From Candidatus Omnitrophota bacterium (GTDB taxonomy: Bacteria; Ratteibacteria; UBA8468; MWAK01), in assembly GCA_043826355.1 (NCBI GenBank), contig JBDRQI010000011.1, forward strand, positions 21,418-85,417: a DNA stretch of 64,000 nt. The letters are read 5' to 3'. Positions 54,981 to 63,240 of the stretch are shown here, piece by piece. Each line of letters opens with the position of its first letter. The stretch's first letter is position 1. The position numbers and the translations under genes are program-made. The notes below the pieces were generated by a model. That model was not told the DNA's origin. It saw only the letters and a program-made list of their open reading frames with translations, and made no database searches.

Positions 54981-56977
54981 TGCTGGCTTCACGCCGCACG
55001 CTATTATTTCTTTTTCCTGTCATTTGCCTGGTTTGCTGTGATTTCTTTTCCGGTATTCTCAGAGCCGACCCAGGGCCGGTCTTCTGGAAAGCGGATAACT
55101 CCGAGGCATTTCTTACCTCCGGCGGTGCAGTTTCCGAAGTAATTCTTAAAGGAAACGTCTTTCTTGTTTCCGGAGACCGGACCATTACGGCCGAGGAAGG
55201 ACATTATTTTCCTGATAGACAAGAGGCGGTTATTTCCGGAAACGTACGTCTTTTATTGCCGGCCGGGACGGTTGATACGGACGAAGCTTTTTACAACTTT
55301 CAAAACGGGTTCGGATTTACCGGGCCGGCCACTTTTTCCAACCCGCCCTGGTTTGGAAAGGCCGAACGGATTGAAATAGAGGGTTCGGATACGCTCCTGT
55401 TGCGCAACGGCTATCTTACCACCTGCGACCTTGCACACCCCCATTACCGGGTTACCTTAAAATCAGCCTCAGTCAAGAAAGACGAATGGATAAAAATCAG
55501 GTCGGCGACCTTTCGCGTGGGAAAAGTGCCGGTTCTTCACCTGCCGGTATTTTCCCAGTCACTGGATTCTTCGGCAGCGTTTGGGCTCGGTATAAATCCG
55601 GTTTTGAATTCTATCGAAGGGTTTCAGGTTTACACAACACTGAGATACAATACCCCCCAGGAACATTACAGTCTGGACCTTGATTACCGTGGTGAAGAAG
55701 GTTTCGGGTTTGGCCCGGGCCTGAAAAGCAGCCGATGGGGGCAGACCGAAATCAAAACCTATTTCATCCGGGACTTGAAACAGGATCAGGACCGTTACCG
55801 TCTGGAGGCCTGGCACCGTTCCATTTTTCCGAGAGGCTCGGGAGAGGATAATCTCCTGCTGCAGGTTCATAAATTTTCCGATGCCGGTTTTTTGAAAGAT
55901 TATTTTTGGAGGGAATACAATCAGGATGTAGCGCGAAACAGTTTCCTGTCCTATTCTTTAAACAGAAAGAATTATTACGCCGGATTTTTGCTGGACGGGG
56001 AGTTGGATAATTACCATAACCTGACCCAAAGATTGCCGGAATTGACCTTTTTCTCGCCTTTCCGGAAGGCAGTCGGTTCCTACTGGCAGGAGGAAGCCGC
56101 TTTAAACGTTTTTGCGAAGGAATTTTCCGGTAAAACGGAAGAAACAACCCGTTTCCATCTTACGGAAACCGTGTCCCGGTTTTATCCCCTGGCCGGAGGC
56201 GTTTTCCGGCCCTTTATCTCCGGAGGCGCAACCTATTATTCGCAGGACCGGTTCGGTGAAGAGAGAACCCGTTATTTTTCGGAAACTGGTTTTGACCTGG
56301 GCTGGAAATTAGCCCGGACCGTTAATCGAAAAAGTGATTCCAACCGGGTTCATTACCTGGAACCGCGGATTATCTTTTTGGCCAGAGATGTTTCCCTGGC
56401 GCCGGAAAAATTATTTTATTATGACGACACAGACCAGATTCAGTCGGACCAACTGTTGAGTTTTCAATTGTTAAACCGCCTTAAATTAAATAGACCGGAA
56501 GGCAGTTTTGAAGAATTGCGTTTTGATTTAAAGGCAGATTATTCCATTAAGCGAGAACGTTTTGGGAACCTGCGGAGTCTGCTCGTTTTCGACCCGCGCC
56601 GGACCCTTACTTTACGAAACGAAAGTGAATTTAACCTGGATGCGGGAAAGTGCGACACGACTTCTACTTCCCTTGTCTGGCAGAAAAACGGCTATGGTCT
56701 CCGGCTTAATCACGGCTATCAAAGAAATGAAAGTCAAACCCTTACCCCGGGTGTATCCATACCATTCGGCAGCAAATGGAGAGTTGATAGCTACGCCACC
56801 TACAATTTAAATGACAGTAAATTTGAAGGAAGGGAAATAAGCATCTGGCGCGACCTTCACTGCTGGGAGAGCCGCCTCGGTCTTTACCAGGACCAGGCAG
56901 AAACGGAAATCTACGTTATCTTTACTCTCAAAGGATTTCCGGAAGATGCGCTTAAGATCAAGTCCCATCTTTACTAA
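54977..56977 (+). CDS. lptD: LPS-assembly outer-membrane protein LptD (OstA family)
   Basis: Signal sequence, an OstA-like N-terminal beta-jellyroll segment (ITAEEGHYF...VISGNVRL) and a long Tyr/Phe/Arg/Asp-rich beta-barrel region. Confidence 0.83.
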   Translation: MMLASRRTLLFLFPVICLVCCDFFSGILRADPGPVFWKADNSEAFLTSGGAVSEVILKGNVFLVSGDRTITAEEGHYFPDRQEAVISGNVRLLLPAGTVDTDEAFYNFQNGFGFTGPATFSNPPWFGKAERIEIEGSDTLLLRNGYLTTCDLAHPHYRVTLKSASVKKDEWIKIRSATFRVGKVPVLHLPVFSQSLDSSAAFGLGINPVLNSIEGFQVYTTLRYNTPQEHYSLDLDYRGEEGFGFGPGLKSSRWGQTEIKTYFIRDLKQDQDRYRLEAWHRSIFPRGSGEDNLLLQVHKFSDAGFLKDYFWREYNQDVARNSFLSYSLNRKNYYAGFLLDGELDNYHNLTQRLPELTFFSPFRKAVGSYWQEEAALNVFAKEFSGKTEETTRFHLTETVSRFYPLAGGVFRPFISGGATYYSQDRFGEERTRYFSETGFDLGWKLARTVNRKSDSNRVHYLEPRIIFLARDVSLAPEKLFYYDDTDQIQSDQLLSFQLLNRLKLNRPEGSFEELRFDLKADYSIKRERFGNLRSLLVFDPRRTLTLRNESEFNLDAGKCDTTSTSLVWQKNGYGLRLNHGYQRNESQTLTPGVSIPFGSKWRVDSYATYNLNDSKFEGREISIWRDLHCWESRLGLYQDQAETEIYVIFTLKGFPEDALKIKSHLY

Positions 56978-57046
56978 ATTTCTTGTGTTTGTACCTATTT
57001 TTTGAGTATAATATTAATTTAGGAAAGGATTAAATTTACTGTTTAA

Positions 57047-57118
57047 GGCGGTGTAGCTCAGCGGTAGAGCAAGCGGCTCATACCCGCTATGTCTGGGGTT
57101 CGAATCCCCGCACCGCCA
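57047..57118 (+). tRNA. tRNA-Met-type (anticodon CAT; elongator Met or Ile2, not distinguishable here)
   Basis: Cloverleaf folded by hand: GGCGGTG/CACCGCC acceptor, GCTC/GAGC D stem, anticodon loop CTCATAC, T arm TGGGG-TTCGAAT-CCCCG. CCA is not encoded. Confidence 0.9.
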
Positions 57119-57132
57119 CATTGTAAGATTAC

Positions 57133-57243
57133 TGGGATTCGAAGAGAGCGAAGTCAGGAGCTGCGACGAGAAGGAGCAGCGACAGCGAATGGCCGACCCG
57201 AGGCGCAGTGAAAGCCGAGCGGCGCCGAATCCCCGCACCGCCA
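57133..57243 (+). ncRNA. tRNA-3'-end-associated structured module (copy 1), unknown function
   Basis: tgggattcg pairs with cgaatccc. The 84-nt core is homologous to that of the tRNA-Val locus. The module ends in an exact 18-nt copy of the tRNA-Met 3' end (57226-57243 = 57101-57118). Confidence 0.55.
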
Positions 57244-57314
57244 TATAAAAGTATAGTGAATAGTGAACGGTAAAAAATTTTAAGTATTAAATTAATTAGT
57301 TTTTCTTCAAGAGA

Positions 57315-57481
57315 GGTTTGTTTTTTTTGCAACACTTCGCGGAGTGACAGCAACAAAACAAGCAGTACGACGGCATGAGTAGCCGTGGCTCACCCGAATT
57401 TAGGGTGAGAACACGGAGAGTCTCATGACGGAGTTGCGTAGTTTTGTCTGGCACGCAGCGTGTGTTGCAAAAAAAACAACC
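57315..57481 (+). ncRNA. ~160-nt extended hairpin element, copy A (upstream of dnaX)
   Basis: The terminal inverted repeat ggtttgttttttttgcaacac / gtgttgcaaaaaaaacaacc encloses arms colinear with 34773-34936 (reverse complement). Confidence 0.6.
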
Positions 57482-57490
57482 GAACGCCCT

Positions 57491-59146
57491 ATGGGATACC
57501 AGGTGCTTGCCTTAAAACACCGGCCCAGAACCTTTTCGGAAGTTCGCGGCCAGGAGCAGATCACCACTGCGCTGACCAGAAGCCTGGCGGAAAAACGGAT
57601 TGCCAACGCGTATCTTTTTTCCGGCCCCAGGGGCGTGGGTAAGACCTCGGTTGCCAGAATCCTGGCCCGAAGCCTTAACTGCGTCAACGGGCCGCTTCCG
57701 GAACCTTGCAATGATTGTGAGTACTGCCGGGAAATCCTGGAGGGCCGCAATCTGGATTTTTTGGAAGTTGACGGCGCCAGCAATCGGGGGATTGACGACA
57801 TAAGGGCTATCAATGATAATACCCGCTTTATGCCGATTAAGAACCGGTATAAAATCTACCTGATAGATGAAGTTCATATGCTGACCGACCCTGCTTTTAA
57901 CGCAATCCTAAAAACCCTGGAGGAGCCGCCGGAACATGCCAAGTTTATCTTTGCCACCACCCATCCCGACAAACTTCCACCAACCATTGTCTCCCGCTGT
58001 CAGCGTTTTGATTTTCACCTTATTTCAACCAATGAAATCACCCGCCACCTGGCTGAAATTGCCGGAATGGAAAATATTCGGATAGAACCAGCCGCTTTAT
58101 TGCGTATCAGCCAGTCGGCGGCCGGTTCTTTTCGCGATGGGCTCTCAATTCTTGACCAGCTGGCTTCGTTTTGTTTCGGCGAGCAGATAACAGCGCTTGA
58201 CGTGGAAAAGATGTTGAGCCTGGTGCCGGAAAAAATTTATCTGGACGCGATTCAGTTGTTCCGTTCCGGAAATAAGCGGGGTTGCCTGGAGTTGGTCGCC
58301 CGGGTTTCTCAGTCCGGTTACGGCCTTTTCCAATTCGCTTCCGGGGTCCTGGAGTTTGCGCGCCACCTTGTTTTAATCAAAGCCGGAGCAGGGGACCTGG
58401 CAACTGACGCGGTTACCCCTGAATCGGCGCAAACCCTGACCGGGCTCGCCGGCCAGTTTACCATGCCGGAACTCTTAAGTCTGCTGGAAAAACTTGCCGA
58501 AGAACGCGACAGGTTAAAACACGAAGACCTGCTTCAGATCCGTCTGGAAACAATCTTTTTGAAGATGGCTGAGATTTTTGGTAAATCGGAAAAAGTAATT
58601 ATTGAGCCGGTTATTCTGAAAGCGGAACCGGTGCTCAAAAAACCTGTTTTGGAAAATCAGGCAGAAGCGGCTGCCGTCAGAAAAACAATAAAAACGGAAA
58701 AAGGGGCGCCGGAAGAGGTTGCGCCGGAAAGACCGGCAACCGACTTGTGGCAGTTATTCCTGGAAGAGGTCGGCAAGGAAAAGCCGTTTCTTTTGCCGAC
58801 TTTAAAAGCCGGGCGGCTGAAAAAAATGGAAGCGGTTCACAACGGAAAAACGGTGCACCTGAGTTTTCGGCGGTCGTTTGAAGAAGGACTCTTAAAAAGC
58901 AACCGGGCGGTTCTGGCTGAAATCTGGTCCCGAAAATTTGATTCCGGAAACGTATTATTCGAAACCGTCATTGAAGAGGGAAAAAAGTTCGATGAAGCCA
59001 GGGTTCGGCCGCGCCATTTAAAAAGCGAACCCGGCGAATCGGGGCACTCTGCTTCGGCCAGTCTTATTCCTGAAGAAGAAGACCTTGTGCGGCGGGTTCT
59101 GGGAATGTTTGACGGAGAGGTAACATCCATTAAAAAGGAGATTTAA
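57491..59146 (+). CDS. dnaX: DNA polymerase III subunit tau (gamma/tau)
   Basis: MGYQVLALKHRP start typical of DnaX. GPRGVGKTS, Zn module CNDCEYC, DEVHML and VSRCQRF motifs. The ORF-track start 57425 lies inside the hairpin element. Confidence 0.93.
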   Translation: MGYQVLALKHRPRTFSEVRGQEQITTALTRSLAEKRIANAYLFSGPRGVGKTSVARILARSLNCVNGPLPEPCNDCEYCREILEGRNLDFLEVDGASNRGIDDIRAINDNTRFMPIKNRYKIYLIDEVHMLTDPAFNAILKTLEEPPEHAKFIFATTHPDKLPPTIVSRCQRFDFHLISTNEITRHLAEIAGMENIRIEPAALLRISQSAAGSFRDGLSILDQLASFCFGEQITALDVEKMLSLVPEKIYLDAIQLFRSGNKRGCLELVARVSQSGYGLFQFASGVLEFARHLVLIKAGAGDLATDAVTPESAQTLTGLAGQFTMPELLSLLEKLAEERDRLKHEDLLQIRLETIFLKMAEIFGKSEKVIIEPVILKAEPVLKKPVLENQAEAAAVRKTIKTEKGAPEEVAPERPATDLWQLFLEEVGKEKPFLLPTLKAGRLKKMEAVHNGKTVHLSFRRSFEEGLLKSNRAVLAEIWSRKFDSGNVLFETVIEEGKKFDEARVRPRHLKSEPGESGHSASASLIPEEEDLVRRVLGMFDGEVTSIKKEI

Positions 59147-59149
59147 TTT

Positions 59150-59461
59150 ATGGCGAATTTTATGCAGTCGCTCAAGGAAATAAGCAAATTAAAGCAAAGC
59201 GCGAAAGTTCTGGAGAAAAAATTGCGCGAAGAACGGATGGATTTTTCCAGTCGTGACGGTCGGGTAAAAGGAATTATGAACGGGAAATTGGAGATTGTTT
59301 CCCTGGAAATTTCACCGGATTTGATTTCCGTCCCACAAAAACAAAACCTGGAAAGACTGGTTCTGGAAACCATTAATAACACAGTCGGACAGATGCAAAA
59401 CAAGGTTTCCAAGATAGTCAGCAGCCAGATGGGCATCAACCTGCCGGGTCTGGGTTTTTAA
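59150..59461 (+). CDS. ybaB: Nucleoid-associated protein YbaB/EbfC
   Basis: 103 aa with the canonical position after dnaX and an INLPGLGF C-terminus. Confidence 0.92.
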   Translation: MANFMQSLKEISKLKQSAKVLEKKLREERMDFSSRDGRVKGIMNGKLEIVSLEISPDLISVPQKQNLERLVLETINNTVGQMQNKVSKIVSSQMGINLPGLGF

Positions 59462-59484
59462 AAGGGATTGCTTAAAAACCCCCA

Positions 59485-60336
59485 ATGTGGCTTCTTTACC
59501 ATTTTTTTGCTTTTCTGGTGCTTCATCTGCCGAAAAGGGCATCCCTTTCCCTGGCTCGTTGCCTGGCGCTTTATCAGTATTGGACAACTCCGTTGCTTAA
59601 ACGGCGTCTGCGCGCAAATCTTAGCCAGGTCTTAAAGGAAACCGGTCGGAGCCAGGATGAGTTAGAGAGCCTGGTCAAGGAAGGCTACCTTAATTTCGGC
59701 CGGTATCTGCATGAGCTTTATTTTGTTCCCCGGATAAACCTGGATTTTCTGAAAGACCATCTGGAGATCAGGGGCAGGGAAAACCTGGACCAGGCGTTCC
59801 GGCAGGGCAGAGGGGTAATCAGCCTTACGGCGCACCTGGGTAACTGGGAATTGGCCGGAATCTTTGCCGCTCTGCTCGGCTATACTATTACGGCGGTGGC
59901 TCTTCCCCACCCGGGCCGGTTAATGAACCGTTTTTTTATGAGGAGACGGATGGCCAAAGGTGTAAAAGTGGTTTTGCTGGGCAAGCAGACTAAACGCTTA
60001 ATTACGGCGCTCAGGCAGAATGAACTGGTGGCGCTGCTGGGAGACCGGGCTTTCGGACCGCCTTACTTGAATCTGAAATTTTTCGGCAAAGTGGCTGTTA
60101 TTCCGGCCGGGCCGGTTCAACTGGCGGTAAAACTGGGCAGTCCGGTAGTGCCGGGTTTTCTGGTGCGGAAAGATGAAAAATATATCTTTTTTTTTGAACC
60201 GCCCATTTATCCCGATTTAACGAAAAATGGTCCTGAAGCGGTGGATGATCTGGCAAAGAAATCCATTGTTTGCCTTGAAAAATACATCGGAGCTTATCCA
60301 AGCCAGTGGCTGGTTTTTAACTATGTATGGAAATAA
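59485..60336 (+). CDS. Lipid A biosynthesis (LpxL/HtrB-type) acyltransferase family protein
   Basis: LTAHLGNWELAG (HxxxxE-type motif) and LGDR segment, 283 aa. Confidence 0.8.
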   Translation: MWLLYHFFAFLVLHLPKRASLSLARCLALYQYWTTPLLKRRLRANLSQVLKETGRSQDELESLVKEGYLNFGRYLHELYFVPRINLDFLKDHLEIRGRENLDQAFRQGRGVISLTAHLGNWELAGIFAALLGYTITAVALPHPGRLMNRFFMRRRMAKGVKVVLLGKQTKRLITALRQNELVALLGDRAFGPPYLNLKFFGKVAVIPAGPVQLAVKLGSPVVPGFLVRKDEKYIFFFEPPIYPDLTKNGPEAVDDLAKKSIVCLEKYIGAYPSQWLVFNYVWK

Positions 60337-60382
60337 TTACAATGATTACGGTAATTACGAAAGGAAGATTACGGTGATTACG
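60335..60382. repeat. GATTAC-type short repeats (attacaatgattacggtaattacg...gattacggtgattacg)
   Basis: Five (R)ATTAC(R) units in 48 nt. The same motif family occurs at 40735-40850 and 41225-41315. Confidence 0.75.
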
Positions 60383-61429
60383 AAAAAAAGGGTTCTGCTT
60401 TCAGGCAACGAAACTGCTGGCGAAGCCGCGGTAAACGCCGGTTGTTGTTTCTATGCCGGTTATCCGATTACTCCCCAGAATCAATTAACCGAGTATATGG
60501 GCCGGCGTCTTCCGGAAGTGGGCGGCACTTTCATCCAGGCCGAGAGTGAGGTGGCGGCTATTAATATGGTCTTCGGGGCCGCGGTAGCCGGGGCCCGGGC
60601 CATGACATCCTCATCCAGCCCCGGCGTTTCCCTTAAACAGGAAGGCATTTCCTACCTGGCCGGCTGTGAATTGCCGGCGGTCATTGTCAATATGAACCGC
60701 GCCGGACCAGGGCTGGGTGATGTAACTCCGAGCCAGTCGGATTATTTTCAATCCACCCGGGGCGGAGGCCACGGCGATTATCGTACGATTACTTTTGGGC
60801 CGCAAAGTCTCCAGGAACTTTACGATTTAACTTATCTGGCTTTTGACCTGGCCGACCAATACCGGAATCCGGTTTTAATTTTAGGAGACGGTATCCTGGC
60901 GCAGATGATGGAACCGGTTACTTTAAAACCGTTTCAGAAAAAATTCCCGGCCAAGCCATGGGCTCTCACCGGATGTTGCGGACGGAAGCCCCACAAAATT
61001 CTCTCGCTGTTTCTTAAACATGGCGTTTTGGAGGAGCACAACTGGCATCTGGCGAAAAAATACGAAGCGGTTGAAAAGTCCGAACAACGCTGGGAAACCT
61101 TCCGGACTGATGACGCCGAAATAATTATTGTTGCATTCGGCAGCGCCGCCCGCCTTGCCCGGGCTGCGGTTCTGGCCGGTCGGGAAAAAGGAATTTCAGC
61201 CGGACTCTTCCGGCCTGTTTCCTTATGGCCGTTTCCTTACCAACCCTTGCGTCAATTGGCCGGGAAGTCCTGTAAATTTTTAGTGGTGGAAATGAATCTG
61301 GGCCAGATGGTTGAGGATGTGCGCCTGGCCGTAGAAGGCGCCTCCCCGGTCTCTTTTTACGGACGTCCCGGCGGCGGAGTTCCGACACCGGAAGAGATAC
61401 TGGGCTTTGTAAAAAAATTAATAAAATAA
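60374..61429 (+). CDS. korA: 2-oxoacid:ferredoxin oxidoreductase subunit alpha
   Basis: [27 protein letters not shown]-terminus. A GTG start at 60374 follows a gaaaggaag SD. The ORF-track start 60227 overlaps the previous gene and reads through the repeats. Confidence 0.86.
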   Translation: MITKKRVLLSGNETAGEAAVNAGCCFYAGYPITPQNQLTEYMGRRLPEVGGTFIQAESEVAAINMVFGAAVAGARAMTSSSSPGVSLKQEGISYLAGCELPAVIVNMNRAGPGLGDVTPSQSDYFQSTRGGGHGDYRTITFGPQSLQELYDLTYLAFDLADQYRNPVLILGDGILAQMMEPVTLKPFQKKFPAKPWALTGCCGRKPHKILSLFLKHGVLEEHNWHLAKKYEAVEKSEQRWETFRTDDAEIIIVAFGSAARLARAAVLAGREKGISAGLFRPVSLWPFPYQPLRQLAGKSCKFLVVEMNLGQMVEDVRLAVEGASPVSFYGRPGGGVPTPEEILGFVKKLIK

Positions 61430-62163
61430 TGGAAAAGATAGTTTTTGAGAGAACGGCGGGATTACAGGAAGCCGAAAATAGTTTTTGCCCCGGCTGCGGC
61501 CATGGAATCCTGATACGGCTGGTAGCGGAGGTGGTGGAAGAGATGGGTTTGCGGGAAAAGACCATCGGCATTGCGCCGGTGGGATGCGCGGTCACCGCTT
61601 ATGATTACTGGAATTTTGACGTAACCGAAGCCGCCCACGGAAGACCGCCGGCGGTTGCCACCGGCATCAAAAGAGTTTTGCCGGACCGGTTGGTCTTCAC
61701 CTATCAGGGCGATGGAGACCTTGCGGCTATCGGGACTGCGGAAATTATCCATGCCGCCAACCGCGGCGAGAATATTACCACTATTTTTGTCAACAATGCG
61801 GTTTACGGTATGACGCGCGGACAGATGGCGCCAACTACGATGATTGGCCAGAAGACCACCACAACCCCCTTTGGCCGCGACCCCAAAGTACACGGTTACC
61901 CGATTAAGGTTTGTGAACTTCTGGCCGTTTTAGACGGGACTACTTATCTGGAACGAGTTGCCTTGATTGATCCCGGTTCAGTTCGCAAGATAAAGGCGGC
62001 GCTAAAAAAAGGGTTTGAGTGTCAATTAGCGTGCCGGGGTTTTTCCCTGATTGAGGTTCTTTCGCCCTGTCCGGTTAACTGGGGTTGTACGCCGGTCCAG
62101 GCGCTTGATTTCATCCGAGAGAAGATGCTCGCGGTTTTTCCGCCCGGAATAATAAAAGGGTAA
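61429..62163 (+). CDS. korB: 2-oxoacid:ferredoxin oxidoreductase subunit beta (TPP-binding)
   Basis: CPGCGHG and [14 protein letters not shown] motif. ATGA-type coupling to korA. Confidence 0.9.
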   Translation: MEKIVFERTAGLQEAENSFCPGCGHGILIRLVAEVVEEMGLREKTIGIAPVGCAVTAYDYWNFDVTEAAHGRPPAVATGIKRVLPDRLVFTYQGDGDLAAIGTAEIIHAANRGENITTIFVNNAVYGMTRGQMAPTTMIGQKTTTTPFGRDPKVHGYPIKVCELLAVLDGTTYLERVALIDPGSVRKIKAALKKGFECQLACRGFSLIEVLSPCPVNWGCTPVQALDFIREKMLAVFPPGIIKG

Positions 62164-62246
62164 CATAATAGTAGTGCGGAATTTTTGACCGGTAATCGCA
62201 AACTATGTTATAATAAATAGAGTGTGCTTTACCAAAAGGAGGTAGA

Positions 62247-62432
62247 ATGAAAGTAAAAGTGGACACGGATACTTGTACCGGGTGCGGACTTTGTGTTGAC
62301 AGTTGCCCTGATGTTTTTGCGTTAGAGGGTGAAGTTGCCAGGGTAAAGGTTGACCAGGTTCCGGCCAGCGCCGGGGAATGCGTGCAACAGGCGATTCAAG
62401 ACTGCCCCGTTAATGCTATTGCGGAAGGCTGA
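62247..62432 (+). CDS. Small single-cluster ferredoxin
   Basis: 61 aa with CTGCGLCVDSCP plus a distal CP motif. Confidence 0.85.
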   Translation: MKVKVDTDTCTGCGLCVDSCPDVFALEGEVARVKVDQVPASAGECVQQAIQDCPVNAIAEG

Positions 62433-62437
62433 CGACG

Positions 62438-62980
62438 ATGATTAAAGAGATGCGAATTCACGCCCGGGCAGGGCAGGGCGCCATTACCACCGCCGCTCTG
62501 CTTGGAACCGCTGTTTTTGTAGAAGGACAGTATGCTTACGCTTTTCCCAGTTTTGGAGCCGCGCGTATGGGTGCGCCCATGAACGCTTTTATCCGTATTT
62601 CTGACCGGGTCATCCGGCTCCGCAGCCAGATTTATAATCCGGATTACGTATTAGTGATTGACCCAACGCTTGTGCGGAGTGTAGACATTTTGGCCGGAGT
62701 AAAAGATAATGCGGTAGTAGTAATAAACTCTAAAGAACCGCTTTCTCTTAAACCTAAAGCAGCTGAAGTTAAGATTGTTTACGTGCCGGCTACCGAAATT
62801 GCCATGCGCCATCTGGGGCGCCCCCTGGGCAATACCGCCCTATTGGGAGCATTTGCCGCCGTTTCGGGAACGGTTAAATTGGAAAGCTTGAAGGAAGTAA
62901 TCAAGCGCCGTTTTTCCGGAGAGATTGCCGAAAAGAACATCGCGGCTCTTACCGAAGGATGGGAGGCGGCATGCGGATAA
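62438..62980 (+). CDS. porG: Pyruvate/2-oxoacid:ferredoxin oxidoreductase gamma subunit
   Basis: RIHARAGQGAITTA start typical of the POR gamma subunit, 180 aa. Confidence 0.9.
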   Translation: MIKEMRIHARAGQGAITTAALLGTAVFVEGQYAYAFPSFGAARMGAPMNAFIRISDRVIRLRSQIYNPDYVLVIDPTLVRSVDILAGVKDNAVVVINSKEPLSLKPKAAEVKIVYVPATEIAMRHLGRPLGNTALLGAFAAVSGTVKLESLKEVIKRRFSGEIAEKNIAALTEGWEAACG

Positions 62981-63240
62981 AAATAACGGCCGAACCGGGG
63001 AGCGCCCGAAATAACAAAACCGGTTCCTGGCGGGTGGAAAGAAGGCCTAAATTTCTGCAAAAGAATTGCATTGCCTGCCGGTTGTGTATTCTGGTTTGTC
63101 CGGAAGGGATTGTATCCGGAAAAGAGAAGAATGGTTTTAAAACCGATTATCTTTACTGCAAAGGTTGCGGCCTTTGCGCTGCGGTTTGCCCCAAGAAGGA
63201 CATCGAGATGGTTCCCGAAGAAACGGAGAGCGAAAAATGA
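62971..63240 (+). CDS. porD: Pyruvate:ferredoxin oxidoreductase delta subunit (2x[4Fe-4S])
   Basis: CIACRLCILVCP and CKGCGLCAAVCP motifs. The start at MRIKI follows a gggagg SD; the ORF track starts at 62959. Confidence 0.9.
   Translation: MRIKITAEPGSARNNKTGSWRVERRPKFLQKNCIACRLCILVCPEGIVSGKEKNGFKTDYLYCKGCGLCAAVCPKKDIEMVPEETESEK

Noticed and set aside
57014-57244. 76-aa minus-strand ORF overlapping tRNA-Met and the downstream module
   Set aside because: It is antisense to a well-folding tRNA and to a repeat module, has low-complexity composition and no SD. I treat it as an ORF-finder artefact.
57189-57248. 19-codon ORF (MADPRRSESRAAPNPRTAI) downstream of the AAGGAG in the tRNA-Met module
   Set aside because: The tRNA-Val copy has no start codon in the equivalent position. 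The peptide is not conserved, so a coding function is unlikely.
57330-57480. Possible SRP (4.5S/ffs) RNA, because ffs often lies just upstream of dnaX
   Set aside because: The hairpin lacks the conserved domain IV features that I recall (GGAA-type apical loop with flanking AGCA/GA symmetric-loop motifs). A second, diverged copy sits in the lolE-lolD spacer. It is therefore a repeat element, not ffs.
60227-60373. Long N-terminal extension of korA as given by the ORF track
   Set aside because: It overlaps the acyltransferase gene by 110 nt and reads through GATTAC repeats. A GTG at 60374 with a good SD gives an N-terminus typical of alpha subunits.
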